Below are positions 11,951-26,142 of a DNA stretch of 64,000 nt, one piece after another (position 1 is the first letter of the stretch; each line of letters begins with the position of its first letter). The notes beneath the pieces are model-generated. The model was not told where the DNA came from, made no database searches, and saw only the letters and a list, made by a program, of their open reading frames with translations. The translations under genes and the position numbers were made by a program. The DNA lies in the NCBI GenBank assembly GCA_951406725.2, contig OX597821.1, forward strand, positions 93,124,001 through 93,188,000, written 5' to 3'. This stretch comes from Octopus vulgaris (lineage: Eukaryota).

Positions 11951-12808
11951 TGCAATCATCAAAATCATTTGGGCAGAATTATATGCATATACATACACAT
12001 ATACACATATACACATACACACACATATATATATACACACACACACAAATATATATATATATACATGCATACAGAAAATTACACTGAGCAAACATCTGGA
12101 AATACGTGGAGAAAGAAAATTCAAAATCTTCTACAAATGCTCAAGGGAAACCAAAAACCTTCCCAAAAACAATGGAACTTTACTTCATAAAGAAGTTTGC
12201 ACCACAATTAAACGCTTGAAAAAAAGGAAACATTTAGAAATATGTGAAGGAAAGTTCTGAGTTCTGAAAGATAACGGAGCTATACTTCTCTTGAATTTGA
12301 TTGTATATATGTTAAAGATGATCTCAAACAATTGCTAAAACCTTTTTACCACATTGTTGTTGGACCTTGCGAAACACTCCAGATTCCAAATTTCTATAAG
12401 AACAGCTGATTTCCCTCTTCTGTACTTGGCTCTCTTTCTCCTATAGAAAATTCTAGGTTGGAGCTTTAAAATATATTCAAAACAAAACAGCCAACCAGAA
12501 ATAGGTAAATTTGGAAATGTTACAGCATTGTGTATTGCTTTTTTCAAAAATTCCGTTTTGCAGTCTGAGGGACAAATACTTTGGACTAAAATCAAGAATA
12601 ATGGCTAAAATGACCAAAACTTTCTAAATTTATTTAACCACAGAGATGAATCTTTATTTATATTAATTTATTATTCTTTAAAAAGTCATAATGTGCACTT
12701 ACGTATGTGTGGAATATGTAACTATTCATAAATATGAACATGTACACATATAGACGTCATTGAGTGTGTGCGCGAATGTATGTATGTGTATATATATATA
12801 TATGGGGG

Positions 12809-12861
<53 letters not shown>

Positions 12862-13719
12862 GCTGTGTGGGTATATGGTGAACTCAAAAACCACTCTTTC
12901 GAAAACACCAACAAAAGAGTTGATCACATCCATACTACTATTCTTTAATGAACACAAAAGAGCAAGTCCTGGAAACGCAATTATAATTTTTACTGAAGAA
13001 AGTAAAAAACAACATCTGGTTTTTAAATTAAAATTTTAACCAATTCAGATGCAAAAATTCTTTTCCCTTTCTCTTCTTTTTCCTCCCCACCATAAAACGA
13101 GACTGACCATACAAAAGCCACGCCTCTTTACCTCCCCCTCCTTCTCAAAGCAATTTTTTCTGCTTTCTTTTCCCTTGCTTGGCAAACCCTAGAATATTCT
13201 TTATAAAAAGGCCAAGAAATCTAAATTTGAACTATTTTTTTGATAAATCCGATAACGGAAGAAAGCGCTAAAAATGTAAATAAGATGTAAATTAATAAGA
13301 ATATATATATATATATATATAAGAATATATATATATATATATAATCATCCAACATTCTGACTACCTTATTATACTAAATACACAATATCTGTACATCACT
13401 TCAAAATCTCTCTTTCTCACTCTCTCTCCATGTATATATATATATGAGAGAAAAGCATGAAGTAAGAATTTGGTATTCCTTTATTTCAATTGTTGCATAT
13501 GTTTCTGTGTTTGACAATTGATGATGTCATTGCAAATGCAATTTACTGGAGAGTGAATTTAATCAAACCGAAAACGTCTTCAGGCAGGGTCAAAACACTG
13601 ATCGCAAAAACGCAAGCATCTTATATATGGGATCGTGAAGCAAGAGAGAGAAAGTTTAACATGATTACTGTTAAGAGCCGTAAGCAAAACAGTAATTTTG
13701 TCACGCACCTAGTTCATAA

Positions 13720-13785
<66 letters not shown>

Positions 13786-14508
13786 TGGTTGATTACATCG
13801 TTTGCGAAACTTGAAGTCGTAGTTATATTGAACCTTGCAATAAATTTTAATTTATTTTTAGCAGTAAACCTTTTATTTGTATATCTTGTGTTGTGTTACT
13901 CTTCTTAAACTTGCCTTGAAATAATAAGCTTAATTTAACAGACACACACAAATACATAGATAGAACATACAAATCTGCCCTTACTTACATTCATACATAC
14001 AAACAAACAAAAATACCGTTGCTGATGTTGAAATTCTTAAATAAAGGAGTCTAGGATCTCAGTTAGAAATCGGTTCTTTCTCTATTGGCAAGAATCTCGG
14101 CATAAACTGAATAATGGAACACATACAAACATACATGCATGCATGCAAGCAAACATACATACATACATACATACATACATACATACATACATACATACAT
14201 ACATACATACACATGTGAGTGTGTTGCTAAAGCATAAACGCATCTTGTAGCCTCTCCTTCTTTCGTCAGGCCGGATTGTTGTCAACACGTATGGAAAAAT
14301 CTTTCCCTCTGGAATTCTACTGGGGCTTTAACAGTATGACAGGCAGGCAGTGACTGTCAAAGAAGTAGAAAAAGACAAACAAACAAACAGAAGAGTCAGA
14401 CGGAGATAACGCTAAAAGTATGAGCCAATCCCATACATACTGACAGTGATTTGCGAACTGTGGACAGTTTTTAATATAAATTCGGTATGTAAATTTAAAT
14501 TGCCTATT

Positions 14509-14733
14509 CTTTTACTCTTTTACTCTTTTACTTGTTTCAGTCATTTGACTGCGGCCATGCTGGAGCACCGCCTTTAGTCGAGCAACTCGACCCCGGGACT
14601 TATTCTTTTGTAAGCCCAGTACTTATTCTATCGGTCTCTTTTTGCCGAACCGCTAAGTGACGGGGACGAAAACACACCAGCATCGGTTGTCAAGCGATGG
14701 TGGGGGGACAAATACACATACACACTAACATAT

Positions 14734-14770
<37 letters not shown>

Positions 14771-14941
14771 CATATATACGACAGGCTTCTTTCAGTTTCC
14801 GTCTACCAAATCCACTCACAAGGCATTGGTCGGCCCGGGGCTATAGTAGAAGACACTTGCCCAAGGTGCCATGCAATGGGACTGAACCCGGAACCATGTG
14901 GTTGGTTAGCAAGCTACTTACCACACATCCACTCCTGCGCC
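14509..14941 (-). mobile_element. Full-length OK-like SINE with a 50-bp flanking direct repeat
   Basis: Complete head to tail. Flanks 14459-14508 and 14942-14991 differ at one base. Confidence 0.95.
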
Positions 14942-15439
14942 TGTGGACAGTATTTAATATAAATTCGGTATGTAAATTTAAATTGCCTATTGTATATAAT
15001 TCTATATCTTTCATGAATAATTCATCGAAATATAAAGTTGCATGGTACTTGTTCTCTCGGTGCAGTGTAATCGAGACATCCTATTCACAGTTGGTAACTA
15101 GCAGTGCTGAAATATATCACCCAGCGTTTTCTAACATTGCAGAAATATTAATATCGTATGACCTCATTATTTAGAATGAAACTTTGATTGGGAAAATTTT
15201 TTACAACGTCGGGAATTGAAAGCAGAGTGCAGATCCGTATCAGTGGCATTATGAGTGCATCGCATATGTGTGTATGCAAAGAAAACTGGGAAGAACAACA
15301 TGTGTATGTATGCGTGATTATATGTATGCGTGTGTGTGTGTGCGTACATATATATATGTATTTATGTTTATATATATATATATATATATGAATATGCACA
15401 CACACACACATATATATGCAAGTATGTATATGTATATAC

Positions 15440-15956
<517 letters not shown>

Positions 15957-16060
15957 CACAAGCAAATATATAAAATATAATGTAATATTTCTATACATAT
16001 TATATTATATTATATTATATTACATTACATTAAATTATAGTATATTATACTATGTTCTAT

Positions 16061-16280
16061 AAGGTGGTGAGCTGGCTGAACAGTTTGTACGCCTGGCAAA
16101 ATGCTTAGCAGCATTTCGTTCGTTTTTTGGTTCTGAGTTCAAATTCCGCCGAGGTCGACTTTGCTTTCCTTCCATTCCCACAGGATCGATAAAAGAAGTA
16201 CCAATCAAAAACTGGGGTCAATGTAATCGACCTGCTCCCTTTTCCGAAATTGCTGGCCTTGAACTTATTGTAGAAAGGAT
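16061..16280 (+). mobile_element. SINE family M
   Basis: aaggtggtgagctggctgaa head, B-box gagttcaaattcc, core gaggtcgactttgc...gtaccaatcaaaaactggggtcaatgtaatcgac. Confidence 0.85.
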
Positions 16281-16885
16281 AATATTATGTTCTATATATA
16301 TATTGCTCATACCTCTTTGTCAAAGATAGCAGTGCTCAGGATTGGCTTGTATGTTTGGTCTGGTCAGATCTGGTGTGTTCTTACACCGTTGATGAGACCT
16401 ATCCGAACCAGCAGTTATTTTCAATATGTAAGGTAGGTATGCGAAGATGCAGCCCATACATTATCGGTTATGTTATAATTTTGCTGATCTTTCCTCAACA
16501 GGAATTTATTCTGTTTTTAGCTATTTGAGCTCCACTGTGAATTTTCCATTTCTTATAGAATTTGAGTAGCCACAATTTTAATGACTGCTTGTAGAGATGC
16601 TTTAAGCCAATCTCTGAGCCATTTTGTTTGCCTTGTCTTCCAAAACAGGAAAACATTGCACTTTTCTTGCTAGTGTTCATATTAGAAGAACTGCTTTCTG
16701 GAGCAATGGGGAGGTACGAAATTTACAAGCAAGTCTGTCTCTTTTGAACCTTCTATCAGAGGATGTACAGTCATAGATTTTGGGCTTCTTGAAACACCCT
16801 GGTGTGTTGGCTGCTGAAGAGACACCTGATGTAGGAATTATAAAGTTTTATATATTTCCTATAGATGTTCCACAACTCAGAGATA

Positions 16886-17428
16886 CAGTAATTCCTCGAC
16901 TATCGTTGGTGTTACGTTCCAAAATCCCAGCGATAAGTGAAAATCCGCGGAGTAGAAACATTACTGTACGGCAGTACTGTATTATTTGAAAGCCTAGTAC
17001 TTATTCTATCGGTCTCTTTTGCCAAACCGCTAAGTTTCGGGGACGTAAATACACCAGCATCGGTTGTCAAGCGATGTTGGGTGGGGGGACAAACACAGAC
17101 ACACAAACGTACACACACACACATATATATATATACATACATACGACGGGCTTCTTTCAGTTTCCGTCTCCCAAATCCACTCAAGGATTTGGTCTGCCCA
17201 AGGCTATAGTAGAAGGCACTTGCCCAAGGTGCCACGCAGTGGGACTGAACCCAGAACCATGTGGTTGGTAAGCAAGCTACTTACCACACAGCCACTCTTA
17301 CGCATATGTATATATTTATTTTATTATAAATGCAAAACAACACCACGGAGGAATCGACGTAAGCTTAAATAATAAACCGCGATAGGTGAACCGTGATAAG
17401 TGAACCGCAATATGGCGAGGGATTACTG
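16886..17428. mobile_element. pogo/Tigger-type MITE with a nested OK-like SINE
   Basis: TA-CAGTAATTCCTCGACTAT ... ATGGCGAGGGATTACTG-TA terminal inverted repeats with TA flanks; subterminal (gatargtgaacc) repeats. Confidence 0.85.
16990..17303 (-). mobile_element. OK-like SINE lacking its 3' tail
   Basis: Head and core match the other copies; located inside the MITE. Confidence 0.9.
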
Positions 17429-17889
17429 TATATAGGCGTGTGTGCTCGCACTCGTGTGTTCGTGTCTGTGATTTTATCTCTCAGCGTTCGACAACTGGTG
17501 TATGCTTGATTAGGTTCCCATAACTTAGTGTGTAATCAAAAAGAGAGACCGATCGAATAATTATCAGTGATTGATGAACGAAAACATTTCAAGGTTGTAC
17601 CTCAACGCGACTGAAGTCCGTTGACTGAAAGAAGTAAAAAAAAAGTAGACCCCGCCCCCACACATACACACACACAACGCTAATGGCCACATAAGCATCC
17701 TCATTGTAGGCTGTATCATATCCATAAAATTTAATGTAACGATGACGATGACGAAGAGGAGGTATTTAAAAGGCCATTTCTTGTGACCAGAAACTCTCGT
17801 ATTAAAGAGAAAAGAGATAAATTTCCCCGCAGGTAGAACACTAATTTGTCTTCATTAAGAACTACTTAAGACTAACAACTGCCTCCAAG

Positions 17890-18075
17890 TTAACAAGCCA
17901 ACAGCGAAACCTCCGTATGGTCATTCAACCCGCTATGAATGGCAGACAAGTCTCTCTTTAAGAAATCAAACTTTACCATCTAAGAAAATGACACATTAGA
18001 TAATTTAATTCTAGATACATTGTGTCAATTATACATGAGACGAACTGAAACATCATTGATCATAGTTTTGCAGGA
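17890..18075 (-). mobile_element. Family R repeat copy, degenerate
   Basis: Reverse complement resembles 6280 and 7090. Confidence 0.45.
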
Positions 18076-19103
18076 TAAGAGAATGTATGGAGCTAAACAG
18101 CAACAGTTTAAGCTGGGGTACATTGAATCAACAACCTTGCCTTCAAATAAAAACAAGTGCTCTCATCAGAGACGAACAGATTATTTTTTGAATGACCTGA
18201 GGCAATGCTGTGGATTAATCTTTTCAATATCATTCCAAGCGAAACCACTTCTGGTGTTATGATACAAAATTTATTGTTTTAATGTATCCATATTTAATGT
18301 ATCCAATTTTCTTCTTGTTCAAGTCTATTTCGAACACCATATTTAATAGGGGAAATGTTTTACTACTAAATTCTTTCAAGTACTTTATTTTAAAAATTTA
18401 ATGAAATGTGAAGAAGGGACGATATGGTATGAACGCTTTTATTGCCTCTAACCAGACTGGAGGGATTTTTATTATTATTATTATATATTTTTTTGTCTTA
18501 TTGGCACAAGTTACCAATGTGGAAATTTTCTCAGAACCGATTGGGGAACTAGTCAGGTAAATTGGAGACAGTTGCTTCTGACAGGGCCTAATGGAAGGCG
18601 TGCTTGAGCACAGCCTCACGACCTACCCAAGAATAAGTAACCGAAGAAGTTGAGGTGAGATTAGTTTGAGACTCTTATACAATGTTTAACTAAAGTGTTA
18701 ACATAGTGGAAAGATTAGCATATGTTACGTGCTTCCTATTTCCCATTTTCAGTGTCTCTCCGCTTAATGTTTCATTTCTAATATATTACAATACCTTCAA
18801 CTTTTAAGAACGACTGGTTATTTACGGTTGCCTAAATACACAGAATATTTGATGACATACACAACACGTTAACATAATTCTTTGCCTGTCCTGTTCATCA
18901 TATGTGATGGCTTCTGTGCATCTTATACGATACACGTACCCAATTTTTATTTTGAACCACCAGTATAACTTGGGACTTATGAAAGAAAGTTTTGTATTAC
19001 TCAGGGTGTATGAAACAAGAGCTAACTAAACGCCTGAAAACAAGCATTAACGTGTGGGACAAACTTATGGAAACGATCTGGACATGCAAAGAGTTAAGCA
19101 AAC

Positions 19104-20050
19104 TACGAGGGTTAGTCCAAAAAGTGATGCAATTTGTTTTATATAAAAAAAGAAAAGAAAACAGTTAAATATATCATACATCAAAATATAGCTTGATATC
19201 ACAGGTTTAGACCCCTACTTCTCAACAAAGTCACTACCTCTTTTAATAGCAGTGTTCCCTCTATGAATGAGGACATGTGTCTCAGCTCTGTAAAACTCAG
19301 CTGGTGGCTGACGTAGTCAATTCACTATAATGTTTGCTTCTCAGTACCTCTTTCATTGGATCAAAGAGATCGAAGTTTGAGTGTGCTAGGTTAGATGAGT
19401 TGGGCGGGTGCAAAAGAATTGTCCACCCGAAAGAAGTGATTGCCTCCCTTATTTTGAGGCTTGAGTGATGCCTGGTGTTGCCGTGTTGAAGAACTTTATT
19501 CATCTCCAAATTTGGTATTACTCGTCGGAATCTTATTCTAAGTATTTTAAAGGTCTATACTTCAGAGTTGGCTGTTTCTCCTCTTGGCAAGAAATTGACA
19601 AGAATAGCACCTTGAGCATCCCAAAAGACAGTCGCCATGATTTTCCAATTGGTTTTTCTTTGGAGATGTCGGATGACTCCATTCCATTGATTGCTTTTTT
19701 TAATTCTAGTTCATAACGATGAATCTGAGTTTGATCAACAGTTATGAGCCTTTGAAAGAAAATTTTTATCTTTTTCACTGAATACAAGGAGTTCAGTGCA
19801 GCGGTCAACTCTTTAAGTCCTGTGCTCATCTGACAGCTATTTTGCTGCCAGCGGGCACAAACTTGTGAACATCCTTGTGACTCAATAACGCTGTGAATAC
19901 CACCATGGCTAACTTCAAGCTCTGATGCCAGTCATCAATGGTTATGTGCCTGCCACTTCCAATTAAATCATCGGCAGGGTTGACGGAAGTTGTCGGACGA
20001 CCCACTACGAAGCATGTCTGCTAAGCTTAAATTTCCCTGTTCTTTTTTGG
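19104..20050 (-). mobile_element. Decayed mariner transposon
   Basis: TACGAGGGTTAGTCCAAAAAGT TIR-like end. Minus-strand VLQHGNTRHH...GWTILLHPPNSSNLAHSNFDLF corresponds to HDNARPH...HPPYSPDLAPSDF. Confidence 0.85.
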
Positions 20051-20354
20051 TCTGTCACATTAGATTACTGTAAAACATTACATTATATTAAATTTGCTTA
20101 TTCAGAGAGAATATTTCATTTGTGCATCTTAGTTTCCTAGGTAACAATGCCATAAATTAGTCAATTTGCAAATCTGCGTGACAATCTAGCGTTTATGCTT
20201 TGTATTTTTAGTTGCTTAAAAATGAAACCGGGAAGAGAACATCCATATACATTTGCCCCATAGTCTACTGTGTCTAGTGGTAACATAATATATAATATGT
20301 CCCAGACTTATCAGATATTACGCTTTAAGTGAAATAACCCTTTCTCGTATACGC

Positions 20355-20550
20355 ACAGAGCCTGCATTTTGGGGAAGGATTATTGATTACATCGACCCCA
20401 GTGTTCTACTAGTACTTCTTTTATCACTCCCCGAAAGAATGAAAGACAAAGTCGACCTCGGTGGTATTTGAACCCGGGACGTAAAGACTAATGAAACGCT
20501 GCTAAGTATTTTGTCCGGCGTGCATACAATTCTGCCCACTCACCGCCTTG
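20355..20550 (-). mobile_element. SINE family M
   Basis: gattacatcgaccccagtg...gaaagaatgaaagacaaagtcgacctcgg...caccgcctt. Confidence 0.85.
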
Positions 20551-21994
20551 CTTTAGGTGAATTGATAACAAACGTGACCCTTTTGCTAATTTCGTTTATT
20601 CTGTACTAGCTACCAAATCGGAATACACTGGTCCTTCAAACATGTAGTTGGACCCATAAAATGAATTATAAGTCGATGAAATAGCAAAGTTTTTATTCGT
20701 GGACCCTTTTTATTTTTGAAATTTAAAAATTTACTTTCTCTTCATAACATATAGTATAGGCTGCACACTAGCTTAATTCAGTTCTAGCTGGGTTCAAATG
20801 GGTGTCTCCTACTATTAATGGAAACATTTATAATCAGCAGTCGTTACCACTGCGACACTCTCAGTGATCAACACTCCAACATATTCCGGGTCTACTCTAA
20901 CTAACAGTAAACATATGATGCAGGAAAGTACAAACAACAAGAAAGCATGTATGAGGTCGCTTGACTAACGTGATTTGGTTTTCCTGCATATCACCATGAG
21001 GGAAATGTCTTCTACAAAAGCTTCGATTGGCCACCATTATATGAGTCGAATTTAGTACACGGAAACAGTGTATAAATCCATTACACACACACAAACATAC
21101 ACACACATTCATACACACACACACAATCTCTCTCTCTCTCTCTGTCTCTCTCTCTCTCTCGCCCTTTCTTTCATACACACTACACATACATATAGGTAAG
21201 TACAATATATTCGGTATGCTTACCTCTCCCTCAATATTTGTGTATGTGTATGTGTTAATAAGTACAATATATTATACCTATTTAACGATCCCTATAGACA
21301 TACATGCACACACACACACACACATGCATGCACTCATGCGCTCATATACACACACAAACGCACACACATATTCGCATAAGTGCGTATGTTAGTAAGTATA
21401 CAGCATACTACGTCTAACTACCTTTTCCTAGACATATATATGCATGAATTTTTAAAATATTTACCTCCACTGGCAAAGGATGTAAGCGCCATTAATAAAT
21501 CGGCGTTCTTCACATGAAGTCCGCTGTTGCTCATCATTTGCAACATAAAATATACATATTCCACATCCCCAGCATTGGTCATCCTGAGGCTATGGTAGAT
21601 AGACACTTGCCGAAGGTGGCACATAGTCGTAATGAACCCGGAACCCTGTTGTGAATAAGCCAATCTCTTATCCACACAGCTATGCCTAAATAAACTAGTT
21701 ATATATATTTAATTCATTTTATTTGTCGTAGACTAAGTATGGGAGTTACTTCGGGCTATAATAGAAAATGGTTGTATGAGAGTAAAGAAGAGATTATATC
21801 GTTCTGGCTATTATTGATCTTGAAATAGGCAGCAGTGCATGGAAATGATGAAGAAGTAAGTTAGTTAAAGTAGAATATTGGCTGAAATGAACAGCGTGTC
21901 AGTTGAAATTTAACCCCTGGCACACCATATTATTTGAGAATCTATAGCACTGTAAATTTCCCCGCGTGTGCTGGTTTCTCTCGTCCCGGCGCTG

Positions 21995-22550
21995 GCCTCG
22001 TGTCGTGTCGTGTCGTTTGACATGGTGCGGTGTAGTGTGACAAGATAGTGTAGTTTGATGTAGGGTAGTGTGGGATGATGAAGCGTGTAGTGTGTTATAG
22101 AGTGCAATCAAGTACGGTGCAGTGTGGTGCGGAATGGTGGGGGTGTAGGATGGTGTAGAGGAGCAGAACCGGAAGGGTGGTGCAAAGTGTGTTAGATTGA
22201 ATGATTGAATAGGTATAATGTGACATGGTATAGATATGTCGCGGCAAGGCACTGTGTTGAGACATAGAGCAAAGTGGCTGAGGTAACATAGTATAGGGCA
22301 ATATGATGTAGTGGTTTCATACGTTGAAACAGTGGTGTGGTGTAATCCTATGCGGTGTGGTGTGGTATTGTGATATGTTATGATACCGTGTGGAATGGTA
22401 GTATGGTGTGGTTTAATATGGAATAGTCTATTTTTACGTGGCATGGCGCAGAGTGGAGCGGCATGTGTTGTAGTAGGGCATGTGGAGCGGCGGTAGAGTG
22501 TTGTGCAGAATAATGCAGCATGGTATGGTGGTGTGTGTGGGGTGGGGGGA
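21995..22550. repeat. Decayed pentanucleotide (GTGTN-type) array
   Basis: gtgtc/gtgta/gtgtg/gtatg units with strong G/T strand bias. Confidence 0.75.
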
Positions 22551-23807
22551 GCGCAAGAAGTTGTGCTGGTATTTTCTATTAAAAGTAATTGTTTCCACTA
22601 CAAATCTTCTCGAAAGTATTAAATTAGAAAGACCTTTGAGAAATAGAAGCAAAACGTAAGAGAAGAAAAAAAAAGAAAACAAAAACGAAAAGAAAACTAA
22701 AGAAAGAAAAAAGTAGAAAAGGAAAAGAAAGAAAGAAAGAAAAAAGAAAGTAAGAAAGAAAGTTACTGGATAAACAAAAATTAAAGCAAGCAAACAGAAA
22801 CAAGAAAATCTCTAAAACAAACAAAGAAAACAAACCGAGTAAAGCTGTTTCCAATGTAATTCTCGTGTCAATGTTGCTATTATTACTGTTGTTAGCTATA
22901 ACTCTGATAGATATGCTGTCCAAAGCGAGTGAGTGGAAGCTATCGATTGTATAAAATGTCCTAGCCAATATTGAAAAGACTACAAAGTTAATCGCAATTT
23001 TACCTTTCCCCTGGGTTCTGTCTGTCTTAAAGGTAATGTAACATCGAACTTTTCCTTACATTTCCCAGAAGCCAAATTTCATGCCTGTCTTCCCCCATCA
23101 ATGCAAAGCAACATTGTACATTTTTAAGTGGTTTCATGGCAGATTGGTTACTATGTTCCACTAAACATTTGAATGGAATTGGCAATGAAGAAGATGAGAG
23201 TTTGGTAAAATGCTTATCTTTGCTCAATTGCTCTGGAAAAAGACTATTTTCAAACATGAAAGTGATATATGTGCTGTTTGTCTTACCCCTGTACTCTACT
23301 ACATCAGGTCAGGTCAAAAGTGCAGTTCCAATTATTCAAAAAGATTTCTTATTAAATAATGTCATTTTACTTCAATTATTTTCGCTTAATGTTCTCCGAA
23401 AACTTTCAAACTATTGACAATTTATATATTTATTCTATTCTGCGATTACCATTCTCCTTTCTTATGTTCCTTATAGAAACTTGAAAGTATTTGTAAGACA
23501 GTGAGTGGCTTCGCAGAATATCTTTTCTAGCAATCCTGTAATGGTTAATCTGCTTCATTTATTTCTCTTCTTTTAACCATTAAAATATTCTTGCAGTCAC
23601 AACTTTCTGATTTTATATATCTTTTACACCTATCTTTTATTGATATTTATTTATATTATATAAATTGAGAAAATTTTCGCTTGGCTTAAATCTCTGTTTT
23701 CTTATATGGCAGTGTAAGAAAATGGTTGAATGGAATAACATATTTAACAACTAACCAAAGAGTTACGATGTCTGCTATACGTGTTTCAATTCGTAGGTGC
23801 GTGCGTA

Positions 23808-23880
<73 letters not shown>

Positions 23881-24214
23881 GAGAGAGAGAGAGGGAGAAG
23901 GAGGCAGTCAGGTCAGACAGACAGAAGGCGGAAGTGGCTCGACAAAACCCTTGTTCCTTTCAAATATTTTGTGATAAAATTAGTTTCGAATACTAATTCA
24001 ACCATTAGGAAACCATTAGCAATTAGGAAACGGTGAAAGAAATATTTACGCGTGTTTTAAAAATAATTTAGAAAATCCTTTTGCATGTGTTATTCCAAAT
24101 CAGTGCGATTAATCAGATTCTTCACGAGAAAGCCAGATGTTGAAATAGACTGTGATCTTATTGAAGTGTAGATACGTCTCATTTCTACAGCCCTCTGACG
24201 AGTAAAGGCTACAC

Positions 24215-24848
24215 ACAGTGCGTCCATGCTGCCAACAAAGCACGCGGAGTTCTATTTTTGATTCGACGGTCATTCGGAATGCTCACAGCAGCCATATTCC
24301 TACCGCTCTATGTCACGCTGGTGAAACCCATATTGGAGTACGGGATTCAAGCCTCTTCTCCTTATCTCCTCAAAGACATACATCATCTCGAAAGAGTCCA
24401 GAAGCTGGCTACCCGCATGGTTCTTGGTCTCAAGCATTTGTCTTATGAAGAAAGGCTGAAGACGCTCGACCTTTATTCTCTAGAAAAACGACGACGCCGT
24501 GGTGATCTCATTCTTGCTCACAACATCATAAGCGGAAAGTGTAACCTCTCGAAAGAGCTGTTCTTCACCCCTGCTCCAGAGCGTCGGCTGCGGGGTCACT
24601 CCGAAAGCTCTATCTGCGACGATTTCATCTCAATCGAAGGAGAGGGGCTTTCTCCGTCCGGGTTGCGGATCTGTGGAATAAGCTGCCGGACAAGATAGTG
24701 AAGATGCCGACGACCGCTCGGTTCAAAGTCTCTCTTGACCAGAAATGGCCTGAACTGTTTGCATGAACACCACCTTGTACATAACTCCATGTCCCCCTAC
24801 ATGGTCTTGTTTTTTGCTTTTTGAGCCAAAAAGTTAACTTAACTTAAC
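24215..24848 (+). mobile_element. 5'-truncated CR1-clade LINE (ORF2 C-terminus, one frameshift) with an (AACTT)n tail
   Basis: LYVTLVKPILEYG...LERVQKLATRMV.GLKHLSYEERLKTLDLYSLEKRRRRGDLI...RLRGHS, then FSVRVADLWNKLP...FKVSLD. Ends ttaacttaacttaac. Confidence 0.93.
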
Positions 24849-25348
24849 ATGCTTCATGAGCCATTGCTAATTCTTAACTTAACCCTCACTTCCATCACAT
24901 TTGCTGCATCCACCCATACCAAGTTCCATATTAATCATTCCTCCTAGTTTTAATTATCAGAACGTTGAACCCTTGGAATCCCTTCCACATTGTTCCTATC
25001 TCTCTCGCAGGCGTTGATTTAAAAGGTTCAAGCGGAACATTAGTAGATCGATCTCAGCAAATTAGAAAGTTCTCCAAAGGCATTGGACGCCACACCTTCC
25101 TCTGTGTCTAGCATCCTTTATCTTTTAATTTTTTGTCTTTTACTTGTTTCATTCATAAGACTGTGGCCATGCTGGGGCACCGACTTGAAGAATTTTTCAG
25201 TCGAATGTATCGATGCCAGTACTTATTTCTTATATTCTATTGGTTATTTTTGCCGAACCGCTAAGTTACAGGGACGTAAACACACCAGCCCTGATTGTCA
25301 AGCGATGGTGGTGGCACAAACACAGACACAAACACACACACATATATA

Positions 25349-25400
<52 letters not shown>

Positions 25401-25499
25401 AAGGCGCATGACTCAGTGTTTAGAGCGTCGAGCTTACGATCACGAGGTTGTGAGCTCGAATCTCGGACCGGGCTTTTTTTTCTTTTTTTTTTCTTTTTC

Positions 25500-26142
25500 T
25501 TTTCTGAAGAGAATTGTGATGCAAAATGAGTCGTTGTAATAATGCCAAGTGCAAACGATCATGGGATGAGCGCATCGATCCACCACAAACAACCTCCAAA
25601 GAAGAACTTTACTCAAAGAAGGTCATGCTTTCATTTTGGTAGGATTGGAAGAGTGTTGCCTTTTACAAGCTTATTTCCACGACATGACCGTCAATTTGGA
25701 TACGTACGGTGACAAGCTGGACAAATTAAATGCAGTGATCCAACAGAAGCGTTCAGTATTAGCTAGTCGTAAGGACACTGCCTTTCATCACGCCACACTA
25801 CTTTGAAAACTTGGCAGAAATTATTGGCGCTTGGACGGGAAGTTTTGCCACGCCATTCATATTTTCTTAACCTTCTTGTTTTCAGATTTCCAGTTGTTTT
25901 GGACTCTTCAAATTTTCTTGAATGGACAGCCCTTCAACTCTAATGAGAGTGTAAAAATTCACCTGGAAGTATTTTCGCCAGTAAAGAAGGGAATTCTTTG
26001 AGTTGGGAATAATGGATCTGCTTACAAGATGGCAGAAGATACGAGAACGAAACTAATTATATCATTGATTGAATGAATCGCTTTGTGCATTAAGCGTTAA
26101 ATATTAATAAAAAAACGAGCGAATTTTTTGGCCAACCCAATA
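25500..26142 (+). mobile_element. Decayed mariner, 3' half with right TIR
   Basis: FLKRIV, KKVMLSFW.DWK and HPPY-like remnants. Ends aaaaaacgagcgaattttttggccaacccaa-TA. Confidence 0.85.

Noticed and set aside
13110-13215. GCCACGCCT and TATAAAA suggesting a promoter
   Set aside because: Short motifs expected by chance in AT-rich DNA; no downstream gene evidence.
16811-16890. CTGAAGA plus a long hairpin resembling the 50675 hammerhead
   Set aside because: GAAA is replaced by ACAA, and the apparent stem I partner (cagta) is the terminus of the MITE at 16886.
23027-23417. Overlapping 76-aa and 93-aa ORFs in unique sequence
   Set aside because: No recognisable motif or consistent splice sites; could be conserved non-coding DNA but this cannot be supported from the window alone.
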